From assembly GCF_009914755.1 (NCBI RefSeq), contig NC_060931.1: a stretch of 64,000 bases of DNA; one strand, given 5' to 3'. The position numbers were made by a program, and so were the translations under genes. This document shows, one piece after another, positions 1 to 28,430 of the stretch (its first letter is position 1; the number at the start of each line of letters is the position of its first letter). The notes under the pieces are model-generated. The model worked only from the letters and a program-made list of their open reading frames with translations. It had not been told where the DNA came from and did not search any database. The DNA is from the human T2T-CHM13v2.0 reference genome, Homo sapiens.

Positions 1-2583
<2,583 letters not shown>

Positions 2584-4430
2584 GACAATGGTTGCCCATT
2601 TTTATCAAATTTAGAACGACATTGACTAGCCCAATGTTTTCCTTTTTTACATCTTGGACATAAGTCAGGTGGCTCTCTACCTGTTGTAGTTGCTTGAATA
2701 GTTATATTCTGTTTATTTAAGACTGGGCAATTCTTTTTTAAGTGACCAATTTGACCACAATTATAACATTTTCTTCCAAATGTTCTAACTTGTCCTCCTA
2801 AAACAACTCCTGTTATTGCTTGAGCCATAAGCATAGCTTTATGCATAGCTCCTCCGATTCCATCACAGGCTTTTACATATTCTGAGATTACATCTGATCC
2901 TGCAGGAACCTTTCCTTTTAATGGCTTAATGGCTGATTGACACTCAGGATTGGCGTTTTCATATGCCATCAACTCCACTATGACCTTACGGGCTTTTTCA
3001 TCAGCAATTGACTTTTGAGCAACATCTTGGAGCCTTGCCACAAAATCAGGATAGGGCTCTTTTGAACCTTGTCTTACTGTATTAAATGAGGGGCAGGTAC
3101 TTCCTGGGTCTTGGATTTTTTCCCAGGCTCTAAGGCAGATAGCTCTAACTTGCTCAATGGCCTCATTTTGCATTAATGCTTGTTGACTAATAGTACTCCA
3201 ATTTTGACCTATTCCTAATAGTTGATCTGCATCTATGTTAACTGGAGGATTGGCAGCCCTATTTCTTCGGACCTGTTCTTGTACCCCATCAATCCACCAA
3301 GTCTTAAATTATAAAAATTGAGAGGGTGAGAGAGACGATTTTGCCAGAATCTCCCAATCATAAGGAATGAGTCTATGTCCATGAGCAATGGAATCTAATA
3401 ATGTCCTCATATAAGGGGAGTTGGGTCCATACTGTTTTACTCCCTCTTTCATATCTTTTAGCTTTTTTATCGAAAAAGACTTGTATCTGGCCTCAACTGT
3501 GGGAGGCTCTCCCTCTTGGGCTCCTTCTCCAGGTGGCATCGGTTCTAACGTTACTGGGAATTGCCATGCCTCAGTATCTCCTTCCTTTCTTGATTTATCA
3601 ATAATTTCATGTAATTTACTACCCTGTCTACTAGGTGGTGCCGTAGGATTAAGTCTCCTAGTGGGCGGCTGAGGGTATGGCGCCCTGCCCTGTGGTGCTG
3701 GGGGCATTCCTGGATATCCATACTGACTTTCTGGGGATGGCCGATACTGAAGTTCAGCCGGAGGCCAGTATTGATAGGCTACTGGCGGTTGGGTCTTATT
3801 TTCTTTAACCTGCTTTTGAGGTTGTAATGTTACAGGCACCTGACCTGCTGGAAGAGGACTTGTGCCTCGTGGTTTAGACTCTGATGGCCCCACTAATTCT
3901 GGACCTTTTCCTTCTAATTTTAACGTTTCAGGATATATCACCTCCTGTAATTGATTATAGTCAACATTTTGCGTTGACTGAGCCATTACCGGCTCTGCTA
4001 CATATTCGCAATGTAAACCTTCCGTTTCTTTCTGGGATTTTTTCCTTGTGTTTTCATTACAATCTATTATACAGCTTCCAGGGGCATCAGAAACTGAAAC
4101 GCTATCTTCTTCTGTTTGAAATGGTTCTAAAGCTGCTTTAATAATGGCCCAATCATTCCATACTGTAAGTGGAATGATATTACCCTTCCTACCTGCTTGT
4201 TTTAGTTCCTTACCAATTCTTTTCCAATCTTTTAGATCTAAAGTTCCTTGTTCTGGAAACCATGGGCAAAATTGTTCTATTATTTGAAATAGCTTGATTA
4301 GATTTTTTGTAGATACTTTAACTCCCCGTCTTTTTAAAAGAATTTTAATAAAGCTGAGATAAGAGGCATATTTACTTTTAATTTTACTTTTAGTTTGCCC
4401 CATTATCACCCTAGCTTCTTCCGAGCGCAC

Positions 4431-4441
4431 AAGCTTACCGT
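4431..4441 (-). promoter_or_regulatory. HML-2 major splice donor
   Basis: ACG|GTAAGCTT in the leader at about proviral nt 1077, just upstream of gag. Confidence 0.75.
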
Positions 4442-4526
4442 AAGGCTGACTGTAGATGTACTCGGGATCTCTCGTCGACTTGTCCTCAATGACCACGCTC
4501 GAGCGTACCTTCACCCTAGAGAAAAG

Positions 4527-4544
4527 CCTCCACGTTGGGCACCA
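4527..4544 (-). promoter_or_regulatory. Primer binding site (tRNA-Lys)
   Basis: TGGTGCCCAACGTGGAGG lies 2 nt downstream of the LTR end and is complementary to the 3' end of tRNA-Lys. Confidence 0.92.
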
Positions 4545-4546
4545 GA

Positions 4547-5514
4547 TGTAGGGGTGGGTTGCCCCTACACACCTGTGGGTGTTTCTCGTAAGGTGGGACG
4601 AGAGATTTGGAAAAGAAAAAGACACAGAGACAAAGTATAGAGAAAGAAAGAAGGGGACCCGGGGAACCAGCGTTCAGCATATGGAGGATCCCGCCAGCCT
4701 CTGAGTTCCCTTAGTATTTATTGATCATCTGTGGGTGTTTCTCGAAGAGGGGGATGTGTCAGGGTCACAAGACAATTGTGGGGAGAGGGTCAGCAGACAA
4801 ACATGTGAACAAAGGTCTTTGCATCATAGACAATGTAAAGGATTAAGTGCTGTGCTTTTAGATATGCATACACATAAACATCTCAGTGCTTTACAAAGCA
4901 GTATTGCTGCCCGCAGGTCCCACCTCCAGCCCTAAGGCGGTTTTTCCCTATCTCAGTAGATGGAGCATACAATCGGGTTTTATACCGAGACATTCCATTG
5001 CCCAGGGACAGGCAGGAGACAGATGCCTTCCTCTTGTCTCAACTGCAAGAGGCATTCCTTCCTCTTTTACTAATCCTCCTCAGCACAGACCCTTTACGGG
5101 TGTCGGGCTGGGGGACGGTCAGGTCTTTCCCTTCCCACGAGGCCATATTTCAGGCTATCACATGGGGAGAAACGTTGGACAATACCTGGCTTTCCTAGGC
5201 AGAGGTCCCTGCGGCCTTCCGCAGTTTTTGTGTCCCTGGGTACTTGAGATTAGGGAGTGGTGATGACTCTTAAGGAGCATGCTGCCTTCAAGCATCTGTT
5301 TAACAAAGCACATCCTGCACCGCCCTTAATCCATTTAACCCTGAGTGGACACAGCACATGTTTCAGAGAGCACGGGGTTGGGGGTAAGGTCATAGATTAA
5401 CAGAATCTCAAGGCAGAAGAATTTTTCTTAGTACATAACAAAATGGAGTCTCCTATGTCTACTTCTTTCTACACAGACACAGTAACAATCTGATCTCTCT
5501 TGCTTTTCCCCACA
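4547..5514 (-). mobile_element. 5' LTR (LTR5_Hs), 968 bp
   Basis: TG...CA termini (TGTGGGG at 5514, CCCCTACA at 4547); length 968; AATAAA at 4717-4722 and TATAAAA at 4978-4984 on the minus strand; directly followed by the PBS. Confidence 0.97.
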
Positions 5515-7230
<1,716 letters not shown>

Positions 7231-7737
7231 AGCACATGATAGAATGTGTGTTTATTGTGTTGTACATGCTCATGTGTTTATAGCTGTTTCGCTTTTATAA
7301 ATGTGGATGTATTGTTTGCAAATGCCTTATATGCAAAATTAAATGTATGGAAGTTCACAAGTCAAAAAACATGGGATAAAAACATAATTCAGCCAGTAAC
7401 ATGGGGAACCACTGAGAATGAGTACCTCTTCACTGCAACCACAACACAACTTGCTGCCCTGCAGCTTCCGGAATATTCAGCATGCAGATAAAATTATGCA
7501 GTTTCTAAGATCCCTTTGACACATTCAGGATTTTATCTGGAGATGGAAGGCAATCCCAGAAAAAGAAATCATGTCTTTTCTGCAAATGAGAGTGAGAATA
7601 TGGTGTGTGTCAGCATGTGCAAACCCAAATCATCTATCTTCAAGTCTTAGGGTAGTAAATCACTGACTGTAAACTTCTTTGAAAAACACCAAGCCTGTGG
7701 ATTGGAAGCAGTGCTAGAATTTGTTTTTCGTGGTCTG

Positions 7738-7900
<163 letters not shown>

Positions 7901-8560
7901 ATTTTCCTAACCTAAAGCTTAGAGTTGCAGACGTTTTTGATGCACACTGCCAACCTGCTCTCCCTCCTGATGGGAACCATTCAAACTCCCTGGGAAAGAC
8001 ACAGGGACCATTGTATCCACTCCCTGGTCCCTTGTCCTCATTTCCTACTGGTTGCCTGGCCTGAGATTCTGGTCCTGACCCAACCCTTGCTTCTCCACCT
8101 TGCCTTATTTGGCTTCAGGAAGCAAGTATCTCAGGTACTAGGCTCTCCCCAGAATACCCCAGACGAGATCCCAATACGAGGCACAGCTGAGCCGGAGCAC
8201 TCCCCTGCCCCGTGCTGACCCAGCTTCCTGCACCTGTGTGGCCCCAGCATTCCCTGCAAAGCCTTCCCCATGAGGCAGGCTAGGCCTGGGCCCCCAGTCA
8301 GCTTCCCAAGTCCCACGCCGTTGGGGGCTCCCCCTGTCAGCACAGCACCTCCTCCCTGATGTGTCTCCTGGCCCACTTCCTGGAATGCCCAGGCCGGCCT
8401 CCGCCGGGCCACAGTCACCTTCTAGCAGCCCAAGCCACAGTGTCCACCGCCTGCCCTAAAACTCCAGGGCTCCCCACATCTGCAAAGATCGGACGTCATG
8501 GCTTGAAATTCAAAGTCCTCCTTGATCAGGTCCCAACCACCAGCCAGCCTTGTCTCCCTT

Positions 8561-9460
8561 CACACACTGCACAACACACACACACACACACAATGCATGT
8601 GCACACACCACACATACACGTGCACACATGCATGCATACCACACAAGCACATGCACACATACACACCACTCACAAACACACATATACACACCACACACGT
8701 GTGCTCACATACACACCACTCACAAACACACATATACACACCACACACGTGTGCTCACATACACACCACTCACACACATACCACACACGTGTGCTCACAT
8801 ACACACCACTCACAAACACATATACACATCACACACGTGTGCTCACATACACACCACTCACACACATACCACACACGTGCTCACATACACACCACTCACA
8901 AACACACATATACACACCACACACGTGTGCTCACATACACACAACTCACAAACACATATACACACCACACACGTGTGCTCACATACACACCACTCACAAA
9001 CACATATACACACCACACACGTGTGCTCACATACACACCACTCACAAACACACATATACACACCCCACACGTGTGCTCACATACACACCACTCACAAACA
9101 CATATACACACCACACACGTGTGCTCACATACATATGACAAACTAGCACGTGTGTGCACAATACACACATACATCTCACACACGTGCATATACACAACAC
9201 GCATGTGCACGTACACACATTACACATCTAAGCACACATGTGCACACATGCACATATGCACACAACACGTACATATATACACATACACATATCACATGCC
9301 TGCATGTGCATACATGCACACATACCACACACATGCAACACATAACACACATACACCACACACACAGGTACACACATACCACACACATAAGCATGCAGAA
9401 ATACATACACATACACAATCACACACACACATAAGCATACATCACTCTCACACCCCCGCA
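8561..9460 (+). repeat. CA-rich minisatellite with a core of ~10 units of ~40-50 bp (about 8655-9130) and degenerate CA flanks
   Basis: Unit ACATACACACCACTCACAAACACACATATACACACCACACACGTGTGCTC repeated with length variants. Confidence 0.95.
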
Positions 9461-10004
9461 CACAACCACCACCCTCTGAACCAAACCCTGCCTTGCCTTT
9501 TCCCTGCAGGCTCCTCAGCCTGAGACCCCCCGCATTGCTTCTCTTCTCCATTGTTCAAAACTCTACTCACTTCTCAAGCCCCAAGTCAAATGCCACAGCT
9601 TCCCCGAGAAGCTTCTCACTCGCCCTAGCTTGCTCTGTGCCCTAGGAGGAATAAACCCTCAAGTCGTGATCATTTGTCCTGGACATTGCCATGCAGGGCC
9701 TTCAAAACACCTTCCCACAACTGCAAGGAATTCTCCCCTTGGAAGCCAGGACTCAGCCTCCCAGACACCCTCGAGAGCCGGCACCTCGCACAGGTGCCGC
9801 CCATCAGATGCATCTCCACAAGGCCCCCACCCAAACGAGAGCACCTGAGGAAGGACACCACCCTATGGAAAGCGATATGGGACTGAGAGGCAGCCATAAC
9901 AGAGCCCTGGTGGGGCATACCCCACGTGGGGGGCCGTGGAGAGAAAGTGGTGGGAGGAGCGTCTCCATGGGGTCCTGTGGGGTCACACGGGTGTTACACT
10001 GGCT

Positions 10005-11607
<1,603 letters not shown>

Positions 11608-13434
11608 TCACAGCCTGATTTCAGCTCCTGTTCCCCAAGTGCCTGGTGCTCCACCCACTCCAGGCCATCCCTCATGCCCCCAAACCTCCTACGGTTTCCA
11701 GCCTCTGAGCCTTTGCATGTACCGTTCCATCATCATCAATGCCTATTCCTTCTTTGTCTAACTGGAAAATTCATACGCACCCTTTAAGACCTAGTGCAAG
11801 TGTTACGTCGTCTCCAGGACATTCCCTGGCACCCAGCTCCCCTGCAGCATTGAGTTATCCCACATCTGTGCCCCCACAGGACATCATCAGCCATGTGGGT
11901 ATCCATTTCTGCCTACACGTTGGACCCTAGAGGCCTGGGTCAATGCACAGGCCAAGGTGTGTATTTCATAAATGGTTGTTTAATGAGGAAATAGGTGAAT
12001 GAACACATCCAACCTGTTTCGACTTCCACGCTCTGGGAAGATTTCATGTCCATAGTCACCCCTGCACCACCGCAGACCCCCTTCCTTCCAAAGGCGTCAC
12101 CCTCCCCGTGAGTCATGGCGTTGACAGAATCCAGCCAGCCTCTCTTTATTTTCTTCTGAAGAGGGAAATTTTTCATTCTCATGGATGACTACTCCCACGT
12201 AATGCAAATAATCACCTTTCCGTGGCCCAAGAAAAGCTCTATTTAATCTCGCTGGCAGATGTCTTCAATGGAAAGATCCAGTGCAAATAAAAGTGCGGAG
12301 CTGAAATGTCAGGAAACTGAGCCACTCTCTGATCCAGCACGCGCGTGACCGAGGAGCCCCCGCAAGGTCACAGCGGCATGAGAAGCAGGGAAGCTTCCAC
12401 CCTAGGACCAAGTCCAGAGGAAGAAATAAAAAGCCCTCCCGTCCGCCTCCTCCTCTTGCTTCTCCTCCGCTGTCATCATCATGCTCTGTGTGTGCCCAGC
12501 ATTTTCTCTTTCTCTAAACACTTTCATACGCACATCACGTTGGATCCTCACCACGCCCCTGTGCGGGCGTCGTGCAGGGCTGGTTATCCCACAATAGCCT
12601 GGTTAAGCCCTCTCAGCGACGCAAGACTGAACCCATTCCAGCAAGAGTGCAGGAACCACGGCCTCTGTGCCGTGGCTGGAATCAAAGATGAGCCGAGCTC
12701 CCTGCAAGCAGGAGGAAGACTTCGAAACCCCAGGCATGAATCAGGGCTGCTGACACCTGCCAATTTGAGAAAGGTCTCTCCAGGAGAGGAGGCAGCTGCA
12801 TTCTGCTAGTCGACATGTAAACTGGCTCAACCTTTCTCAACAGCAATGAGATCTGACACCTCCCAGACCCGGGAACTCTAAGACCCAGCGGTGGATGGAG
12901 AAAATCCACAACACAGACTTCCAACCTGCCGCAGATGGGCCACCGTATGACTTTGTGAAAACATCAGGTCACTCTGGAGACCCCTGGAAGATGATGGAGT
13001 AGGACTTTATTGGTTTTCAGCCTTTAGGGTCTGAAAGCATGTAACATCAAAGACCAAAAAGACCCACATTTCCTAGAAAGATGTTATGCGTTTAGCGGTA
13101 TTGCACTGACACATGGGATATTACAAAGCACAGGTGTTGAATCTAGATTGTACCTGGTGCTACCCGTGAAGGGGTTCTGATACTAAACCAGATGATATCT
13201 GGGCGGAGGAGAAGAGAGACCCAAGAGAGCTCTGCAATTAGTGTGATCTTGGACAAACTGCAACCTCTTTAGCCTTCCATTTGCTTCCTTGTAAAAATAC
13301 TTCTATAATTGGAGCTAATCATAGTGTCTACATTAGGGCAGATAGTCATTGTGAAGATTAAATTAGATGACACAGCACCAGACATATAGTAAGTGCCCAG
13401 TATACGGTGGTATTATTATTAATAGGATCATTCT

Positions 13435-15846
<2,412 letters not shown>

Positions 15847-16158
15847 AATTTTTCTGTGTTTTTAGGCAACCACCATCCTCTAGTTTTAAAATGTTGGCCC
15901 AATATTTTTTGTTAACACTGTGAGTCAAATAAAACATAACTGCAGGCCAGATTCAACCCTGGACCACCATTTTGTGAACTTTCACTGGGCTTCCTCCACC
16001 GCAGTCCTCGCCGTTACCTCCAGTATGTGTTGACAAGAGTAGAGAACAGCCAGGGTCACCATGCATGGTCGTCTAGAGTGTGCACTGCCCAAGGGCACCA
16101 CACCTAAGAGGTGTCCTCTTAGGCATCTAAGATTTGTACTAAGAATTTCCCCAGTTTT

Positions 16159-16172
16159 CCAGCAGAGGGCAG
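16159..16172 (+). promoter_or_regulatory. Candidate CTCF site
   Basis: CCAGCAGAGGGCAG fits the CTCF core CCASYAGRKGGCRS; motif evidence only. Confidence 0.45.
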
Positions 16173-16271
16173 TCACATGTCATGCTCCATGGCACGTCAC
16201 AAAAATGTTCAGCAGTTGGAATAATCTGTCCTTCTTTAATCCACACAAAGGTGTTACAAGAATTAACAGCA

Positions 16272-17454
<1,183 letters not shown>

Positions 17455-17477
17455 TAGACACAAGGGAACGTGCTAAG

Positions 17478-17968
17478 GCAACTCCTGGTACCAGTACCAC
17501 TTCTTGGCCTGTTAGGAACCGGGAGGTTCAGCAGGAAGTGAGCAGCGGGCAGGAAGGTGAAGTTTCATCTGTATTTACAGCCACTCCCCATCGCTCGCAT
17601 TACCGCCTGAGCTCCGTCTCCTGTCAGATCAACTGCGCAAACCCTATTGTGAACCGCGCATGCGAGGGATCTAGGTTGTTTGCTCCTTATGAGAATCTAA
17701 TGCCTGATGATGTGCCACTGTCTCTCATCGCCCCCAGACAGGACCCTCTAGTTGCAGGAAAACAGGCTCAGGGTTCCCACTGATTCTACATTATGAAAGT
17801 TGTAGAATTATTTCATTCTATGTTATAATGTAATAATAATAGAAATATAATGCACAATAAATGTAATCTGCTTGAATCATCTCAAAACCATCTCCCCGAC
17901 CCGGGCCCACGGAGAAATTATCTTCCACGAAACTGGTCCCTGGTTCCAAAAAGCTTAGGGACTGCTGT
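17478..17968 (+). mobile_element. MER1A-like hAT-Charlie DNA transposon fossil
   Basis: GGCCTGTTAGGAACCGGG ... TCATCTGTATTTACAGCCACTCCCCATCGC ... GAAACTGGTCCCTGG ... GGGACTGCTG. Confidence 0.8.
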
Positions 17969-18559
17969 TCTAAGGGGCTAGGGAGGTTCTGTTTCTTGAC
18001 CTGAGCGGTAGGCACGTGGGTGAGTTCACTTTCATCCTTTCACAGTCCTGCTTTGCACGTTTTTCTGTCTACATGCTATACTCCAATACACATCTCAAAA
18101 GACAATTACATATGTGTGTGTTAGACAGAAAGAAGGAAGAGGGCAGGGAGAGAAAACCACCGCATTCAAGCATCGCCGCCTCTAGGTGTAAGGTTCATTC
18201 CAGGACTGCCTGGAGTTGGTGACTTTGCATTCCTGCAGAGGAAACCCACTTCCTTTGCCTGTGTTCTCGGGCCGACTTCCCATATCTGCTGACCAGAAAT
18301 CCTTCCTTGCAGCCGCCCCTGTAACGGGGCTGGCATTTGCAATTCGAAAGTGTCTTTGGCCTTGTTTTTCCGAGGAAATGAAAACGCTATGCGTTATCAG
18401 CATATCATCCAACAATTTATCATCACGTTGGCACCTGACAATGTTGATTTATGATTCCAGCAGGAAGAGCAGCCCTCCAACCCCCCACCAGTTCAGAAAT
18501 GGAGACATCGAGGAGTCCTGAGCACAGGCAGGAGAGACTATGAAGTTATCGTAGACTCG

Positions 18560-19025
18560 ATGTCCACAAGTGCCGGTGAGAATGACTGTGCAGAGACCAT
18601 CTGAGCTCCCTGCAGATCTCACGACTCTTTTCCTCCTCCCCTTGCTCCCGGGTGCTTTGTCTCTCACACTCGGCCCCTGTGGAGCTGTTCTGCCTATGCA
18701 AGCAGAAATTGAGAGGTGCCTGGGGTTCCTGTCCCCCCAGCCAGCTCTTAGCCAATGGCGAGCAGATTCCAGAAAGTGAAAGCCCCGCTCCCTTTGCCTG
18801 AGTCTGGACAGACCCTGGGGCATAACTTACGCTGCAGTGCCTTCCTGCAGGATTGGGCCAAAGCCACCCCAGGGGGATTTTGCCAAAGGACCTTACTCTG
18901 GCTTGGCTCCTGGGTCCCCTCCTCCTACTCCCTTCCAGACCTCCCGGGACCACGGCATTCCTACGTGGCTTGCACACAATTCCTTACCACAGAGTTTGCT
19001 TCTGGGGAACCTGACCTAAAACCGA
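18560..19025 (+). mobile_element. Old ERVL LTR (LTR16-like)
   Basis: The 3' end CAGAGTTTGCTTCTGGGGAACCTGACCTAAAAC resembles an LTR16 terminus; the 5' boundary is uncertain. Confidence 0.45.
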
Positions 19026-19351
19026 GGGGAAAATGGATTCTAGCATTTTTCAGATTCAGAAACGGGAGACCCAAATGGCCCGGGCCTCCCGCCTCCCGCA
19101 CACAGGCCTGTGTATCAAGTTTCTGCAAGCACAAGCAAGAGGCTTGCAACGTGTTTGCAAGCAGTCATCATCATTTCCAGGATTGGCTATGACTCGGGTT
19201 GCAATGTTTTATTTCAGTTCACAGACAGACACAGGCCACACTCCAGGGCTCATGCCCACATCTGTAGCTTGGAACTCGAGATGCACTGTCTAGGATGGCC
19301 AACATCAGGACGGCACCCACCAGCAGACAAGCCTGTTCCCAGAATAGCCTT

Positions 19352-20948
<1,597 letters not shown>

Positions 20949-20954
20949 AATAGA

Positions 20955-21290
20955 GATGCATTGCTTCACAGTTCCAGAGGCTAGACGCCTGAAACCAAGG
21001 TGTTGGCAGGGCCCTGCTCACCCTGACCCCGTAGGAGAGGACCTTCCTGGCCTTGGCGCGTGGCTGCATGACTCCAACCTCTGCCTCTCTTATCACATGG
21101 CCTCTTGTCTTTTCTCTGTACATCTTGTATGGACATCAGTCATGATGGATTAAAGGTTCACCTCCCTCTAGGGGGACTTCATCTTAACCAATGACAACTG
21201 CAACAACTCCATTTGCAAATAAGGTCCCAATCACAGATTCTGGGGGCTAGGACTGCAAAGTTTGCTTTGGTGGGAAACACAGTCCAACTG
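20955..21290 (-). mobile_element. MLT1-type MaLR LTR fragment
   Basis: TCACAGTTCCAGAGGCTAGA ... CAAGGTGTTGGCAGGG ... TTTGCAAATAAGGTC. Confidence 0.6.
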
Positions 21291-21291
21291 A

Positions 21292-22895
<1,604 letters not shown>

Positions 22896-22896
22896 T

Positions 22897-23579
<683 letters not shown>

Positions 23580-23964
23580 AACCCCTTGCCCTTCAATGAA
23601 ACAGTAACATCCTCACCCCGAACACTTCTAACTTTATTCATTTATAATTATATAATTAATTTATAATTAATATAAAGGAACAAACCATAGATACCCATAA
23701 TAACTTCTATGGTTCTCAAGGGAGTTATGCTGAGTGAGGAAAAAAAAGCCAGTCTCAAAAGGTTACATACTATAGGAATCCATTTATAAAACATTCTTTA
23801 AATGTAAATGACAACGTTACAGAGAGGAAGAACAGATTAGTCGTTGCCAGGGATTAGGAACTGGGGTGAGTGGGTGGATGTGACTGTAAGGAGTAGTGAT
23901 GGAATAGTTCTGCATCTTGATTGTGGTGGCCGTCACACAAATCTGCACAGGTGATAAAATTACA

Positions 23965-23965
<1 letters not shown>

Positions 23966-24004
<39 letters not shown>

Positions 24005-24278
24005 CCAGGCGTGGTGGTTCATGCCTATAATCCAGCACGTTGGGAGGCTAAGGTGGGAGGATCACTGGAGGCCAGGAGTTCAAGACCAACCTGGGCAACA
24101 TAGACTCTGTCTGTACAAAAATTTTAAAAATAGCCAGGCATGGTGGTGCATGCCTGTAGTCCCAGCTCCTCAGGAGGATGAGGCAGGGGGATCACTTGAG
24201 CCTAGGAGGTCAAGGCTGCAGTGAGCCATGATCTCGCTACTGCACTCCAGCCCGGGCAACGGAGGGATACCCTGTCTC

Positions 24279-24317
<39 letters not shown>
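23966..24317 (+). repeat. Alu (24004-24280) bracketed by two (CA)n microsatellites inside an old L1M
   Basis: (CA)n at 23966-24001 and 24280-24316. Confidence 0.9.
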
Positions 24318-24318
<1 letters not shown>

Positions 24319-24684
24319 TGTATGTATATTGCTTGCTGTTAAAATCAGAATTAGGTCTGTGGATTGTACCAATGTCAATTTCCTGGTTTTGATGTTGTAC
24401 TACAGATATGCAAAATGTTACCCTTGGAGGAAACAGAATGACGAGTACGTGGGACTTCTCTGTACTTTTTTTCTTCAATTTCCTATAAACAGAATTATTT
24501 CAAAATAAAGAGTGTGCTGTTGTTGTTTTTAGAGACAGGGTCTCACTCCTTTTCCCAGGCTGTAGTGCAGTGGTGCGATCATGGCTCTCTGGGCGGGGAA
24601 TGCATTGTTGTGATGAAAAATAAGACAGAAGTGGAAGTCACTGGGTTGGAACTCTGGGAAAGATTTTTTTTTTTAAGTGGCTGA

Positions 24685-26346
<1,662 letters not shown>

Positions 26347-26617
26347 GATTTTGCTTGCTTATAGTTATGATGTTTCCAGAGAGAAACATACCCACTCAGT
26401 GTTGCAAATAAAACAAGAGTTACAAATAGATGTTTCCACCATCTCTCCAGTCAGGAAGGCTTTCTCCACCATGCTGACCTGGACATGGTGGACGATCTCT
26501 TGTGCCCACATCAGATAAGCCTTGCCAGGTCAGAAGCCCAGTTGTTTAGACAAGCAACGAAGCCTGTCTCAGCAGAGAATTAGAAACACCACAGGGAATA
26601 TCTCCATATGGCTTAAT

Positions 26618-27522
<905 letters not shown>

Positions 27523-27629
27523 GTGTTTATGAGGGAATAAAAGGATAGTAAAGCCCTTTGAAGTCCTAGAATTTCCCTCTCATTGTAATTTTCAAAAATT
27601 TAAGGGGGCTCTGACCTCACAAGGGGAGT

Positions 27630-28078
27630 CATATGGTTTGGCTCTGTGTCCCCACCCAAATCTCATCTTGAATTGTAATCCCCAGGTGTTGAGGGAGGGA
27701 GGGACCTGGTGGGAGGTGACTGGATCATGAGGGCGGTTTCTCCCATGCTGTTCTCGTGGTAGTGAGTGAGTTCTCACGAGATCCGACGGCTTTATGAATG
27801 GCAGTTTCCCCTGCGCTTTCACTCTTCTCTCTCCTGCTGGCATGTGAAGAAGGTCCTTGCTTCCTCTTTGCCTTCCGCCATGATGGTAAATTTCCTGAGG
27901 CCTCCCCAGCCATGTGGAACTGTGACTCAATTAAACCTCTTTCCTTTATATTAGGTTGGTGCAAAAGTAATAGTGGTTTTTGCCATTGTAAGTAATGGCA
28001 AAAACCACACTTCTGTACCAACCTAATAAATTACCCAGTATTGAGTAGGTCTTTATATTGTGAGAATGGACTAATATA
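27630..28078 (+). mobile_element. MSTA/THE1-type MaLR solo LTR
   Basis: ATATGGTTTGGCTCTGTGTCCCCACCCAAATCTCATCTTGAATTGTAATCCCC ... GAATGGACTAATA. Confidence 0.85.
27951..28026. mobile_element. MADE1 (Hsmar1-derived MITE)
   Basis: TIRs TTAGGTTGGTGCAAAAGT ... ACTTCTGTACCAACCTAA with a TA duplication. Confidence 0.9.
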
Positions 28079-28430
28079 GGGAGGAAAGCCCTAATTTTGA
28101 CACATTCTAAAACAAAGGACCCCACAACAGGGACTGGGGAAGAAAGGCAGGAAAAAACCCCACTGACTTTTAGAATCTTTCTTCTTTTGCTGCTGATTCA
28201 GTTTCTAGAGGAAGAGCAACCAGTTGGGTCTGCCTTGGTTCACGTGACACCATTTGGCTTCTGGAGGGGAGCCCTGCTTACAAACCTCAACCCAACACCA
28301 CTGGGTGACATCCAGGGGGAAAGGGATGGACACTTCCTCAAGAGGAAACCAAGGGGAATGGAGAACTGGGGAACAAAGAAAAAATAATGTCCATTCCAGT
28401 TAATTTAAACTTTTTTAAAAAAGAAAACTG

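Noticed and set aside
4404-4625. 74-aa N-terminal extension of the gag ORF in the ORF track
   Set aside because: It runs through the LTR U5, PBS and leader from a non-ATG start; the real Gag start is MGQ at 4403.
8359-9551. Long His/Thr-rich and Val/Cys-rich ORFs, and a CRISPR-like look of the repeat
   Set aside because: These are translations of a stop-poor CA minisatellite. The units are contiguous with no unique spacers, and the DNA is eukaryotic.
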